From an uncultured Acidobacteriota bacterium (GTDB lineage Bacteria; Acidobacteriota; Thermoanaerobaculia; Gp7-AA8): a stretch of 64,000 nt of DNA. Every line of letters begins with the position of its first letter. Within the stretch, counting starts at the first letter, position 1. Below, piece by piece: positions 39,112-49,383 of this stretch. The notes below the pieces were generated by a model that saw nothing but the letters and a program-made list of their open reading frames with translations, did not search any database and was not told the origin of the DNA. The stretch is taken from NCBI GenBank assembly GCA_963822445.1, contig CAWGHO010000002.1:2240001-2304000 (forward strand), given 5' to 3'. A program made the translations under genes and the position numbers.

Positions 39112-40550
39112 CGGTTTCTCCGCATCACGATCAAATAGAAGACGAAACTCAGGATGAACGTCACGAACCACGCGTACGTGTACAGGTGATCGAACAGCCC
39201 GGGATTGGCCACCTGTCCGCCGGGAGTCATCGCCGCGCGGATGAAACCGGGAACGACCGGCGCGATCGACAGCACGAGCGCGCCGACGGCCTTCCAGTTG
39301 ATGCCGTTCGAGTAGGTGTACTCCCCCTGCAACTCGAAGAGATCGCGCAGATTGAGCTTCTGCTTCCGCACGACCCAGTAGTCGGCGATGAGAATCCCGC
39401 CGAGGCCGCCCATCAATCCGGAGTAGCCGATCAGCCAGGTGAAGATGTAGGCCGCGGCGTCGGAGTAGAGCTTCCACGGCATCATGGCGATGCCGATGAC
39501 GGCCGTGATCAGGCCGCCGGTGACATACGAGATCTTGCGCGGGTTGAGATTCGAGAAGTCATTCGCCGGCGAGACGACGTTCGCGGCCATGTTGGTGGTG
39601 ATCTGCGCCGCGAGCACGATCAGTGCGCCGAAGATGATCACTGCCGGGCTGCCGATGCGCGCGATGAGCTCGATCGGATCCCAGATCGCTTTGCCGAAGA
39701 TGACGATGGTCGCGCTGGTCACGGCCACGCCGATGAAGGCGAAGAGGGTCATCGTCGTCGGCAGGCCGAGGGCCTGACCGGTGGCCTGCGATTTCTGGCT
39801 CTTCGCGTAGCGGGTGAAGTCGGGGATGTTCAGCGAGAGCGTCGCCCAGTAGCCGACATTGGCCGTCAGCGCGGCAGGGAAAAGAGTCCAGAACGGCGTG
39901 TTGCCGGTCTGCAACTTGCGCGATTCGGAGAGGATCGTTCCGAGACCGCCGCCCGCGCGAATCGCCCAGATCAGCAGCGCGATTCCGCCTCCCAGCAGCA
40001 GAGGCGCGGACCAGCTCTCCAAAATCTTGATCCCCTCGGTGCCCTTGATGATGATCGCCACCTGCATCAGCCAGAAGATGAGGAAGGCGATCGCTTTTCC
40101 GGCTCCGATGTTTCCCCACGCCGGCCACGCCGCGGTGAGCAGAGCGTTCAAGGCCAGGCCGCCGATCCAGGTCTGAATGCCGAACCAGCCGCAGGCCACG
40201 ATGGCCCGCAGCATCGCCGGGATGTTCGCCCCTTTGACGCCGAAGCTCGCCCGGCAAAGCACGGGGAAGGACACGCCGTACTTCGTGCCGGCGTGGGCGT
40301 TGAGGATCATGGGGATGAGCACGACCACGTTGCCGAGGAGGATGGTGAAGAGGGCCTGGTACCAGTTCATGCCCTGGGACATCAATCCTGAAGCGAGCGT
40401 GTAGGTGGTGATGACCACGGCCATGCCGATCCAGAGCGCGGCGATGTTGTAGGTCGACCAGGTCCGCCGCGACAGCGGTGTGGGGGCGAGGTCTTCGTTC
40501 CAGAGCGGGCTGTGCGAAAAGTCGCCCTCGAGCTGCTCGAAGTCGGCCAT
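39108..40550 (-). CDS. NCS1 nucleobase:cation symporter (uracil/allantoin type)
   Basis: LWNEDLAP, GTKYGVSFPV..RASFG, ACGWFGIQTWIGG, WATLSLNIPDFTRY. Confidence 0.93.
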   Translation of the reverse strand: MADFEQLEGDFSHSPLWNEDLAPTPLSRRTWSTYNIAALWIGMAVVITTYTLASGLMSQGMNWYQALFTILLGNVVVLIPMILNAHAGTKYGVSFPVLCRASFGVKGANIPAMLRAIVACGWFGIQTWIGGLALNALLTAAWPAWGNIGAGKAIAFLIFWLMQVAIIIKGTEGIKILESWSAPLLLGGGIALLIWAIRAGGGLGTILSESRKLQTGNTPFWTLFPAALTANVGYWATLSLNIPDFTRYAKSQKSQATGQALGLPTTMTLFAFIGVAVTSATIVIFGKAIWDPIELIARIGSPAVIIFGALIVLAAQITTNMAANVVSPANDFSNLNPRKISYVTGGLITAVIGIAMMPWKLYSDAAAYIFTWLIGYSGLMGGLGGILIADYWVVRKQKLNLRDLFELQGEYTYSNGINWKAVGALVLSIAPVVPGFIRAAMTPGGQVANPGLFDHLYTYAWFVTFILSFVFYLIVMRRNR

Positions 40551-40648
40551 TGAAGCTCCTCCAATTCTTGTGCGGGGAATCGCGGCGATTGTACGACGTG
40601 AATCCGTTGTCGCGCGGCGCGCGTAGACCGGCGCGAAGGAGGAATCCC

Positions 40649-41095
40649 ATGGAATCGATCATCGCCAATCCCGCCGACGGCGCGCGGCTGCACGTCGTCG
40701 GAGACGTCGTCCGCGTCCTGGCCACGAGCAATCAGACCGGAGGCTCGTACGAGATCTTCGAGCTGGAAGGTTTGCAGGGAAGCGGACCGCCGCCGCACGC
40801 CCATCCCTGGTCCGAGGCTTACGTGGTCATCGAAGGGGAGGCCGACGTGTTCATCGAAGGCACGCGTCTCGACGCGACGCCGGGATCGTTCTTTCACATC
40901 CCCGCCGGAACGATTCATGGTTATCGCATTCGATCGGCGTCGGCGAAGTTCGTGGTGATCACCAGCCCGTCCGGCGCGAGCCATTTCTTCACTGAGCTCG
41001 ATGCCGAGACCGGCGGCTCGTGCGAGGACATGGCGAAGGTCATGAGCGTGGCCATGAAGCATGGGTTTACCGTTCCGGCACCCGGCGGGCCGTAG
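40649..41095 (+). CDS. Cupin domain protein
   Basis: GPPPHAHPWSEAYVVIEG..IPAGTIHGY; SD AGGAGG. Confidence 0.85.
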   Translation: MESIIANPADGARLHVVGDVVRVLATSNQTGGSYEIFELEGLQGSGPPPHAHPWSEAYVVIEGEADVFIEGTRLDATPGSFFHIPAGTIHGYRIRSASAKFVVITSPSGASHFFTELDAETGGSCEDMAKVMSVAMKHGFTVPAPGGP

Positions 41096-41117
41096 TCCGT
41101 TTGTACCCTCTTCGCCC

Positions 41118-42410
41118 ATGCGCATCCTTCGAGCTCTCCTCGCCCTCGCAGTCGCTCTGCCCGCACTCGCCGAGACGGTCGTCTTCAGGAACGTCAACGT
41201 GATCTCCATGACCTCGCCGAAGGTGGAGAAAAACCAGAGCGTGATCGTGCGGGATGGACGGATCGTCTCGGTCTCGGCGAAGCCAAAGTACGCGGCGGAT
41301 GCGAAGGTGATCGATGCGAAAGGCAAGTACCTGCTGCCCGGGCTCGCGGAGATGCATGGACACGTGCCGCCGATGAACGCGCCGAACAATCAGACCGAGG
41401 ACGTGCTCTTTCTGTACGTCGCCAACGGCATCACCACGGTGCGGGGGATGCTCGGCCATCCGGGGCAGCTCGAACTGCGGCAGAAGGCGAACACCTCGCA
41501 GATCGTGTCGCCGACGCTCTACCTCGCCGGCCCGTCGTTCAACGGCAACAGCGTGAGCTCGACGCAGGAAGCCATCGACAAAGTCCGCGCGCAGAAGAAG
41601 GAAGGCTGGGATCTGCTGAAGGTGCACCCGGGTCTCACGCGCGACGAATACGACGCGATGGCCAAAACCGCGGCCGAGGAGAAGATCCGTTTCGGTGGGC
41701 ACGTGCCCGCTGAAGTCGGACTGCTGCATGCCATCGAGATGGGGCAGGAGACCTTCGATCACATCGACGGCTACGTGGAAGCGCTGGATGGGGACAAGAG
41801 TCCGGTCGATGAGAAGAAACTCGCCGAGCTGGTGAAGAAGTCGAAGGACGCCGGCGTCTGGATCGTTCCCACGTCCGCGCTGTGGGAAGTGCTCTTCAAT
41901 ACCATTCCCCTGGCGACGCTCACCGCCTACCCGGAGCTGAAGTACGCACCGCCGGGAGCGGTCACCGCCTGGACCAACGCCTACAACAACCGTCTCGCGC
42001 AAACGCCGCGCGAAGCAGCGAAGAACGTCATCGACAACCGGGTGACCATCCTCCGCGCGTTGAACAAAGGCGGTGTGAAGATCCTGATGGGCACCGACGC
42101 CCCGCAGCAGTTCAGCATCCCCGGCTTCTCCCTCCACCGCGAGCTCCTGCGCATGCGCGACGCGGGCATGACGAACTACGAGATCCTCAAGAGCGGCACG
42201 GTGAACGTCGGTGAGTACTTCAAGGCCACCGATTCATTCGGCACGATCGAGCCCGGCAAACGCGCCGACCTGATTTTGCTCGAAGCCAACCCCCTCGGCG
42301 ACATTGGCAACGTGTCGAAGATCGCCGGAGTGATGGTCCGGGGGAAGTGGTTGTCGCGCGGGGAGATTGACGCGGGGTTGAAGAGGATCGAAGCGAAGTA
42401 CGGACGTTGA
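41118..42410 (+). CDS. Secreted amidohydrolase family protein
   Basis: Signal peptide; PGLAEMHGH, NGITTVRGM, MGTDAP, GTIEPGKRADLILL. Confidence 0.88.
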   Translation: MRILRALLALAVALPALAETVVFRNVNVISMTSPKVEKNQSVIVRDGRIVSVSAKPKYAADAKVIDAKGKYLLPGLAEMHGHVPPMNAPNNQTEDVLFLYVANGITTVRGMLGHPGQLELRQKANTSQIVSPTLYLAGPSFNGNSVSSTQEAIDKVRAQKKEGWDLLKVHPGLTRDEYDAMAKTAAEEKIRFGGHVPAEVGLLHAIEMGQETFDHIDGYVEALDGDKSPVDEKKLAELVKKSKDAGVWIVPTSALWEVLFNTIPLATLTAYPELKYAPPGAVTAWTNAYNNRLAQTPREAAKNVIDNRVTILRALNKGGVKILMGTDAPQQFSIPGFSLHRELLRMRDAGMTNYEILKSGTVNVGEYFKATDSFGTIEPGKRADLILLEANPLGDIGNVSKIAGVMVRGKWLSRGEIDAGLKRIEAKYGR

Positions 42411-42516
42411 GTTTATCCCGCGCGTAGACGCGGGATCTCTTCGTGCACTGGCAGCGCACGCGCCATGATCCGCGTTCGTGAACGGGGAGATCCCGCGTCT
42501 ACGCGCGGGATAAACT
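42410..42516. repeat. REP doublet: AGTTTATCCCGCGCGTAGACGCGGGATCTC and its inverse
   Basis: 30-bp perfect inverted repeat between convergent genes. Confidence 0.8.
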
Positions 42517-42521
42517 TTGGA

Positions 42522-43856
42522 TCAAGGCCAGATCCCTCTCTCCATCGCCACCTTCGCCACCCGCTTGATCGCCAGCGCGAACGCCGACGTCCGCAGATCC
42601 ACGCTGGCATCCCGGCGGTCGCGGATCTCGAGCTGCATGTCCAGGACGCCGTCCGTGGCCGCTTCCATCTTCACGCGCAGCTTCTCGTTCACTTCCTGCT
42701 CGCTCCAGTGCTCGTTCTCGATGTTCTGCACCCACTCGAAGTAGCTCACCGTCACGCCGCCGCCGTTGGTGAGGATGTCCGGGAGCACGGGGATGCCGCG
42801 CTCGAACAGCACCTTATCCGCGGCCGGCGTCGTCGGCCCGTTCGCCGCCTCGGCCACGACTTTCGTCTGAACGCCATCCACGTTATCGGCGCGGATCTGG
42901 TTCTCGAACGCGGCCGGGATGAGCACGTCGCAGGGGATGTGCAGCAACTCCGCGTTGGTGATGTTCTTCGACCCGGGCATGCCCACGACGGATCCGGTCG
43001 TCTGCTTGTGCAGAAGCATCGCCGCGGGATCGAGTCCTTCGTCCGCGTGAATCGCGCCGTTCGAGTCGCTGACCGCGATCACAATCGCCCCCGCCTCGGT
43101 GAACAGCGTCGCGGCGATCGATCCCGCATTTCCATAACCCTGGATGACGACTCGCGCGCCTGCCAGCGTGGTGAGGCCCGGGACCGCGCCCTGTTCGATC
43201 GCGCGGCGCGTCACGAACAGGCATCCGCGCGCCGTCGCTTCGTTTCGGCCGAGAGAGCCGCCGAGGTAGACCGGTTTGCCGGTGACCACGGGAAGGTTGT
43301 TCTTGCCGGGATGCATCATGTCGTACGTGTCGTAGATCCAGGCCATGGTCTCGGCGGTCGTGTTCACGTCGGGCGCGGGGATGTCCGTATGCGGTCCGAT
43401 CGAGTCGCCGAGCTCCACGACGAAGCGGCGGGTGATGCGCCGCAGCTCGTTGCGGGTCAGCTTCTTCGGATCGCAGATGATCCCGCCCTTCGCGCCGCCG
43501 AACGGGATGTCCGCCACGGCGCACTTCCAGGTCATCCACGATGCGAGCGCGCGGACCTCGTCGGCGTTGACATCGGGGTGATAGCGGATGCCGCCCTTGC
43601 CCGGCCCGCGAACGCGCGAGTGCAGCGCGCGATACCCGGCAAACGTCCGCACCGTTCCGTCATCACACTCGACCGGGAACTCGACTTTGAGCAATCGCGA
43701 CGTGCCGCGCATGAGCGTGCGCATGCCGTCGGGGAGGTCGACGACGTAACCGGCGGCCTGGTCGAACTGCGCCTGAGCGATGTTGTACGGGTTCAGGTCC
43801 TCGACCGTGTCGAGGCCGGGCGAGGAGTTGCCGGTAGCGCGCGGGTGCACGTCCAT
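42522..43856 (-). CDS. gdhA: Glu/Leu/Phe/Val dehydrogenase
   Basis: GPGKGGIRYHP, MTWKCA, PFGGAKGG, DIPAPDV, VTGKP, QGYGNAG, EAANGP, VSYFEWVQN. Confidence 0.88.
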   Translation of the reverse strand: MDVHPRATGNSSPGLDTVEDLNPYNIAQAQFDQAAGYVVDLPDGMRTLMRGTSRLLKVEFPVECDDGTVRTFAGYRALHSRVRGPGKGGIRYHPDVNADEVRALASWMTWKCAVADIPFGGAKGGIICDPKKLTRNELRRITRRFVVELGDSIGPHTDIPAPDVNTTAETMAWIYDTYDMMHPGKNNLPVVTGKPVYLGGSLGRNEATARGCLFVTRRAIEQGAVPGLTTLAGARVVIQGYGNAGSIAATLFTEAGAIVIAVSDSNGAIHADEGLDPAAMLLHKQTTGSVVGMPGSKNITNAELLHIPCDVLIPAAFENQIRADNVDGVQTKVVAEAANGPTTPAADKVLFERGIPVLPDILTNGGGVTVSYFEWVQNIENEHWSEQEVNEKLRVKMEAATDGVLDMQLEIRDRRDASVDLRTSAFALAIKRVAKVAMERGIWP

Positions 43857-43903
43857 GAGTGACGCTCCTTCTTTTCCGGGTGTCGCACGATCATACTTTC
43901 GTC

Positions 43904-44491
43904 ATGCTGGACCGCAAGACATATGTCGTGAAGGAACGTCCCGGAGTTCTGAAGCTCGTCGACACGTACGACATCCTCGATCCCGACACCGGCGCATCGA
44001 TCGGCATCGCCAGAGAGGAGCCGCCGGGAATCATCAAGTACCTCCGCCTCCTCGGCAACAACAAGTTCCTGCCGACGGTGGTGAACGTGTACGAGCGCGA
44101 AGGACAGCCGCCGATCCTCTCCATCCATCGCGGCGTCGCGTTCTTCCGTCCGAAGGTGCGCGTGACCACGCGCGAGCGCGAGATCGGCTACTTCAAGGCC
44201 AAGTTCATCTCCTGGGGGCCGTCGTTCAACATCTTCGACATGCAGGACAACCTGATCGGCAGCGTGAAGGGCGACTGGAAGGGCTGGAACTTCCAGCTCC
44301 TCGGCCCATCCGGCGAAGAGCTCGGCCGGGTCACGAAGAAGTGGGCCGGCCTGGCGCGGGAGTTGTTTACGACCGCTGACACGTACGTGATTGCCATCGC
44401 TGATGCAGCCGCCGGACGCCGCGACGTCGCTTCATTGCTCCTGGCCGCGGGCCTGGCCATCGATACCGTGTTCAAAGAAAAGGATGAGTGA
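43904..44491 (+). CDS. LURP-one/scramblase-like protein
   Basis: YVVKER..YDILD, VKGDWKGWNF, VTKKWAGLARELFTTADTY. Confidence 0.8.
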   Translation: MLDRKTYVVKERPGVLKLVDTYDILDPDTGASIGIAREEPPGIIKYLRLLGNNKFLPTVVNVYEREGQPPILSIHRGVAFFRPKVRVTTREREIGYFKAKFISWGPSFNIFDMQDNLIGSVKGDWKGWNFQLLGPSGEELGRVTKKWAGLARELFTTADTYVIAIADAAAGRRDVASLLLAAGLAIDTVFKEKDE

Positions 44492-44846
44492 GGACTTCGG
44501 CGCACTCTGGAAGACGTCGGTGCGGTTTCGCCGCGCATCCCGCGAGCTCGAGCCGCTGCTGCGCGAGTTGCACGCGGCATATGGCGATCCTGCCGCGACG
44601 CGCCGCGCGCTCGAAGATCTCCTGACCTTTCTCTCCGGCACCGGCCGCACCGACGCGAACTGCGAGACGACGCACTACTTCACGAACGCCACGGAGTCGA
44701 TGTGGAGCGGGCTTCCAGAAGAGTTGCGCGGCATCCTCGACGACATGAGCGGCACGCTCCACGACTCCATTCACGCCGAGTCGATCGCGCGGACGTTCGA
44801 GGCGACGCCGGAGCAGTTGCTGGAGCGGTTGCGAAGAATCCGGTGA
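44484..44846 (+). CDS. Hypothetical protein
   Basis: ATG overlaps upstream gene end; host-like codon usage. Confidence 0.6.
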   Translation: MSEDFGALWKTSVRFRRASRELEPLLRELHAAYGDPAATRRALEDLLTFLSGTGRTDANCETTHYFTNATESMWSGLPEELRGILDDMSGTLHDSIHAESIARTFEATPEQLLERLRRIR

Positions 44847-44870
44847 CGCGTCAGTCGTCGTCGCGCGCCG

Positions 44871-46393
44871 TCATGGGGCCGGCGTTTTGGCCCAGCACAT
44901 GATGACCTGCCGTGTCGCAGTCACGCCGCCGCCTCCGCGGCTCCCATGGACGAGCGCCGGCTCGTAGCCATTCGGACAGAGCAGCCGATCGGTGATCGGA
45001 TTCTTCTTGTCCCCGTTGTCGCTGTACATCCCTCCGAAGAGATACGGCGGCTGCTTTCCCGCCTCGCGCGGCCGCCAGCAGTAGTACAGATCGTGTGCGT
45101 TTTTCACCTGCGCCGCTCTGAATCCGAGCGGGCAACCCGCGCCGCCGATCGAGTTGTAAATCCAGCGGTCGCCGGAGGGCTCGGCGTCGTTGGTCTTGCC
45201 GTACATGCCGCCGAAATCGGCGACGCCGAAGTCAGCGTCCTTCTCGGATCCGCCGCCGATGCGGCCGCAGTAGTAAACCGGCCAGTCGACGTTGTGGGTC
45301 CCTTTGATCTCGTACGCTGTGTAGCCGGCCGGGCAGCCCTGGCCGCCGGTGACGGCGTTGTTGAAGGATCCGCCTTCGCCGATGCCGAACATCCCGCCGA
45401 AGTCCATGCGGCCCTCGCGCGCGGTCAAAGGCGGCTGATTGTTCTTGAGGATGTCGAGCGTTTTCGCCCAGGTGTCGGCGATGGCCAGAGTCCCGACCCA
45501 GTCTTTGTCGACTTCCGGCGCGCGCGACTTGCGGACGCCATCGACGTACGGCTGACGATTCCCTTCGCATCGGGCCAGCGCTTTTCCTTCGTCGTCATCA
45601 GCCTGGGAGCCGGGCATGCGCTTCTGCACCGCGGAATCGCTGAATCCGGTCTCGTAAGTGGTGATCAGCGCCCAGGGCGCTCCGTGCACCCGTTTTTGAT
45701 TGACGTGGCAGTCGGAGATCTGGCCGAGGCGCGCATACATCGCGGAGTCGCGGCGGCGGTGCATGGTCTTGCGCACGTGGTCGAGCGACGACTCGAGGTG
45801 GGCGATCAGATCGGGCCGGATCGATTTGTCATGCTCGGGGTGCACTTTCCGGCGCAACTCGAGCGTGTTCGCTTTGAGCTGAGCCGACGCCAGGAACAGG
45901 GGGAGTCCGGGATCGACGTATTCCGCTTTACCGGCAGCGCCGGTGCGGCGATCACTTCATAGACTTTCTGGAGTGTGGAGTTCCGCTCGATGCGGTCCTC
46001 GAGCGTGACCGGATCGGACCCATTCTGCCACTGGCGCTCATACTCCTGGAGCGCGGTCGCGGCCGCGGTCAGAGTCGTTTCGTCGTTCTCCATGACGTTC
46101 TTCACCAACTCTTTGCGCACGTTCGCGCTGATGTCGGCGAGGAGCTTCTCGATGTCGATGGTCTTGGACGGAAAGAGGCCAGCTCTTTTGAGCACGATGC
46201 CGGCGACGGACTTGAGCAGCCCTCCGGCCATGTCCCCGACGACGCTCGTTTCGCCGCGTAACGGCTTGCGCGGTGCCGGCTTTTTCTTCTTCGACGTCGA
46301 TTGGGATGGCGGTTTCGTGTCGGCCGAGAGAGGCAGGGTCGTGAACGAGAGAGAAAACACCAGACCGAGGGCAATCGCTGCGCGAGCTCGCAT
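44871..46393 (-). CDS. Secreted protein: helical Cry-domain-I-like N-half + three FGGM..CP.G repeats (frameshift near 45948)
   Basis: Signal peptide MRARAAIALGLVFSLSFTTLPLSA; a one-base shift joins ORF 45806..46558 to the frame of 44871..45857; SD GAAGGA. Confidence 0.7.
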
Positions 46394-46482
46394 CGTTGTT
46401 CCTTCCTTCGATTGTGTTTTGTGGTGGGACCGGAACGAAGTATCGCCGTCCGTGCGGCCGAATGCAACGGTCGCTGACAATC

Positions 46483-46824
46483 TTAGGGGGTCAGACCCAG
46501 GATGCCGAGATCGAACGCGATCCCGATAAGACCGATTGCCGAAACCAGAACCCACCACTTCGCCTTCGGCGACGCATCATCCCCACCGATTGTCCGGACG
46601 AGAACCGCGACGAACACGAGTCCTGCAATGATCGTGAGGCCCCTGCCAACGACCCATTGCGTTCGCAGGCGGCCCGCCGCGGATCCCCATGCCGAACCGT
46701 GCGAAGTCAGATAAGCCAGATGAACACCGAAGCACAGGACGAAGCCGATCGCCGCGGCAATTAGACTGGCGACAATCACCGCGCCCGGAAATAGCGAACC
46801 GCGGAGACGCGGCGCATCAATCAT
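46483..46824 (-). CDS. Small membrane protein
   Basis: Three hydrophobic segments. Confidence 0.5.
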   Translation of the reverse strand: MIDAPRLRGSLFPGAVIVASLIAAAIGFVLCFGVHLAYLTSHGSAWGSAAGRLRTQWVVGRGLTIIAGLVFVAVLVRTIGGDDASPKAKWWVLVSAIGLIGIAFDLGILGLTP

Positions 46825-46845
46825 CTGTGGATGGTACTCGTGCTG

Positions 46846-47328
46846 CTACGCGTTGGACGGCGCCGCACGCACCGCTGCAGGCAATGCAGGCCGTCTGGTG
46901 AGGATCGGTTGCCATTCGCGGAAGTCTGCTGATGCGTTCCAAGGCCAGATGCCACTCGTCGTCGGGTAGACCATCTGTAGGACGCGGAAGGACGGACCGT
47001 CGTACAGCCACAGGTTCCATCCGAAGTATTCGGGATAGAACGACTCCTCGACCTGCTCGAAGCCCACCAGGAATCCTTCCAGAAAGTCACCGTAGGTGTG
47101 ACCTGCCGTGAAGACCTCGCCCTCCTGAATTCTGCGGTTGTATTCGTTCACCACGAAGTGAGCAATGGGCTGTTCGAGACCGACGACTACCACCTCGGGC
47201 GCGCCAGACGACCGCTCAATGCCGACGGAGTACGAAAACGGAGGCAACTCGTCCTCCGCCGCCACGTGGATTACGTGACAGCCATACTTGTCGATGTCGG
47301 CGAGGGCTTTTTGTTCTCCGCGGTTCAT
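46846..47328 (-). CDS. DUF4262 family protein
   Basis: IDKYGCHVIHV, PFSYSVG, PEVVVVGL, LQMVYP..G.WPW. Confidence 0.8.
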   Translation of the reverse strand: MNRGEQKALADIDKYGCHVIHVAAEDELPPFSYSVGIERSSGAPEVVVVGLEQPIAHFVVNEYNRRIQEGEVFTAGHTYGDFLEGFLVGFEQVEESFYPEYFGWNLWLYDGPSFRVLQMVYPTTSGIWPWNASADFREWQPILTRRPALPAAVRAAPSNA

Positions 47329-47459
47329 CGTAGGTCCATCCAACTGGCGAATATGGGGTAGTAGTTCCAGAGGGAGTCCTGTACGAGCTCGGGGTCGACT
47401 AGCTCACCGCACGTGCTGCCTGGACGCAGCCCAGGCGATAAGCCGTAGTGCCGCGACCC

Positions 47460-47843
47460 TCAATCGACACGCGCCCGATTCGCCGCGCGAATCGTGGAAA
47501 TCAGCGCAACAATGCAAACGATCCACCCCACGCCCAGCACCGCTGCAATCCACAGATGAGGCAGCCCGCTCGGGTCGGACATTTCAATGTTGCGGATGTG
47601 CCCGAAAACGCTCGCGTAGCCTAGTCCGCAGGTAAACGCCCAGGCCGCGGCAAGAACGATTGGGCCCGTGGCCCGGTCCTTCGAACATCGCCACGCGCCG
47701 TAAAGCAGAAACGCGCCGATCAAATAGTCGTCGAGAAACGCAGGCGGATATTCGTGCCACAGTGGCCACCGTCTGGCTGTTTCGGCTAGAGGAAGCAATA
47801 CACCGATGACGATCGCCAGCCGGCGGCTGCGCGATAAGGTCAC
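47460..47843 (-). CDS. Hypothetical 4-TM membrane protein
   Basis: GTG overlaps mmsA stop; ETARRW..DDY motif, hydrophobic helices. Confidence 0.6.
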   Translation of the reverse strand: MTLSRSRRLAIVIGVLLPLAETARRWPLWHEYPPAFLDDYLIGAFLLYGAWRCSKDRATGPIVLAAAWAFTCGLGYASVFGHIRNIEMSDPSGLPHLWIAAVLGVGWIVCIVALISTIRAANRARVD

Positions 47844-49324
47844 GACATCCAGTTCACGCCCGCCTCTTTGTTCCACTTCGTGGTCATCTTCTTCGACTTC
47901 GTCCAGAGCTCGATCGAGCCGCGGCCGGTGATGTCGCCGACGCCGAACTTCGAATCGTTCCAGCCGCCGAAGCCGAACGGCTCGCGCGGCACGGGCACGC
48001 CGACGTTCACACCGACCATCCCCGCGCTGGCCTTCTCCATCACGTACCGGGCAACGCCGCCGCTCTCCGTGAACACCGACGCGGCATTGCCGTACGGCGA
48101 TTTCTGCTGGACCTGCAGCGCCTCTTCGACGTCGTTCGCGCGCACGATGACCATCACCGGCCCGAAGATCTCTTCCTGGGCGATGCGCATGTCCGGCGTG
48201 ACGTGATCGATCAGCGTCGGGCCGACGAAATAGCCGTTCTCGCGGCCGGGCACTGAATATCCACGCCCGTCGACGAGCACCTTCGCCCCCGCTTCCTCGG
48301 CTTCAGTGATGTATTTCTCGATGCGCTCCTTGGCCTGCTTCGAGATGACCGGTCCGATGTGAGTTCCGGGGACCATCGAGCGGACGATGTTCACCATGCG
48401 CTCGATGATGTGGTCGGACTTGCCGACGGCCATCATCACCGACGCGGCCATGCAGCGCTGTCCCGCGCAACCGGACATCGACGCGACGACATTGTTCGAA
48501 GTCATGTCCGGCTCGGCGTCCGGCATCACGATGAGGTGGTTCTTCGCGCCGCCGAGGGCCAGGACGCGCTTGAGATTGTGCGTGCCGCGGCGGTAGACGA
48601 TTTTCGCGACGGTTGTCGAGCCGACGAAGCTGATCGTGTCGATGAAGGGGTTGTCGCAGATGGCTTCGACGGTCTGCTGCCCGCCGTGCACGACGTTGAG
48701 CACGCCGTCGGGCAGGCCGGCTTCCTTCAGCAACTCGGCGATGCGGCCGGCACTGAGCGGCACCTGCTCGGAGGGCTTGAGGATCATGCAGTTGCCGAGT
48801 CCGATGGCATTGGGGATGGTCCAGTTGGCGACCATATTCGGGAAGTTGAAGGGCGTGATCGACGCGACGACGCCGACCGGATAGCGCTCCACGCGGCATT
48901 CCACGCCGCGCGACACTTCCAGCACTTCGCCAGGCACGATCTGCGGCAAGGAGCAGGCGAACTCGCAGAGCTCCGCGGATTTCAGGACCTCCGCCGCGGC
49001 CTCGTTGCGGATCTTGCCGTTCTCCTCGCTGACCAGCGCCGCCAGCTCATCGATGTTTTTCTCGAGCAGCGTCTTGTATCGATAGAAGACCTGCACCCGC
49101 TCCTTGATCGGCGTGGCCGCCCATCCCGGCGCGGCTTTGCGGGCGGCGTCGACGGCCTGGTCCACTTCGCTCGGACCGCACAGCGGAACGCGCGAGATGA
49201 CGCTGCCGTCGGCGGGATTGGTGACGTCGAGATACTCGCGGGCCTGCGAGTCGACATACGTGCCGCCGATGTAGTTGCGGACGTCGGGATATTTCGTGGA
49301 AACAGCGGCTTCAGCGATGCTCAT
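47840..49324 (-). CDS. mmsA: CoA-acylating (methyl)malonate-semialdehyde dehydrogenase
   Basis: ITPFNFP, LKPSE, SFVGST, LGGAKNH, GCAGQRCMA, EEIFGPV, GVPVPREPFGFGGW. Confidence 0.92.
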   Translation of the reverse strand: MSIAEAAVSTKYPDVRNYIGGTYVDSQAREYLDVTNPADGSVISRVPLCGPSEVDQAVDAARKAAPGWAATPIKERVQVFYRYKTLLEKNIDELAALVSEENGKIRNEAAAEVLKSAELCEFACSLPQIVPGEVLEVSRGVECRVERYPVGVVASITPFNFPNMVANWTIPNAIGLGNCMILKPSEQVPLSAGRIAELLKEAGLPDGVLNVVHGGQQTVEAICDNPFIDTISFVGSTTVAKIVYRRGTHNLKRVLALGGAKNHLIVMPDAEPDMTSNNVVASMSGCAGQRCMAASVMMAVGKSDHIIERMVNIVRSMVPGTHIGPVISKQAKERIEKYITEAEEAGAKVLVDGRGYSVPGRENGYFVGPTLIDHVTPDMRIAQEEIFGPVMVIVRANDVEEALQVQQKSPYGNAASVFTESGGVARYVMEKASAGMVGVNVGVPVPREPFGFGGWNDSKFGVGDITGRGSIELWTKSKKMTTKWNKEAGVNWMS

Positions 49325-49383
49325 GGGCGGGCTCCTTCGCGCTCGTCTAGGGCGCTTCAACGACGGTTCCGTATTATCACGCA

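Noticed and set aside
42410-42516. GAGTTTATCCCGCG... resembles a type I-E CRISPR repeat
   Set aside because: Only two copies, inverted rather than direct, no spacer series and no cas genes
46483-47843. Integron cassette array
   Set aside because: No attC-like RYYYAAC/GTTRRRY palindromes between the genes and no integrase
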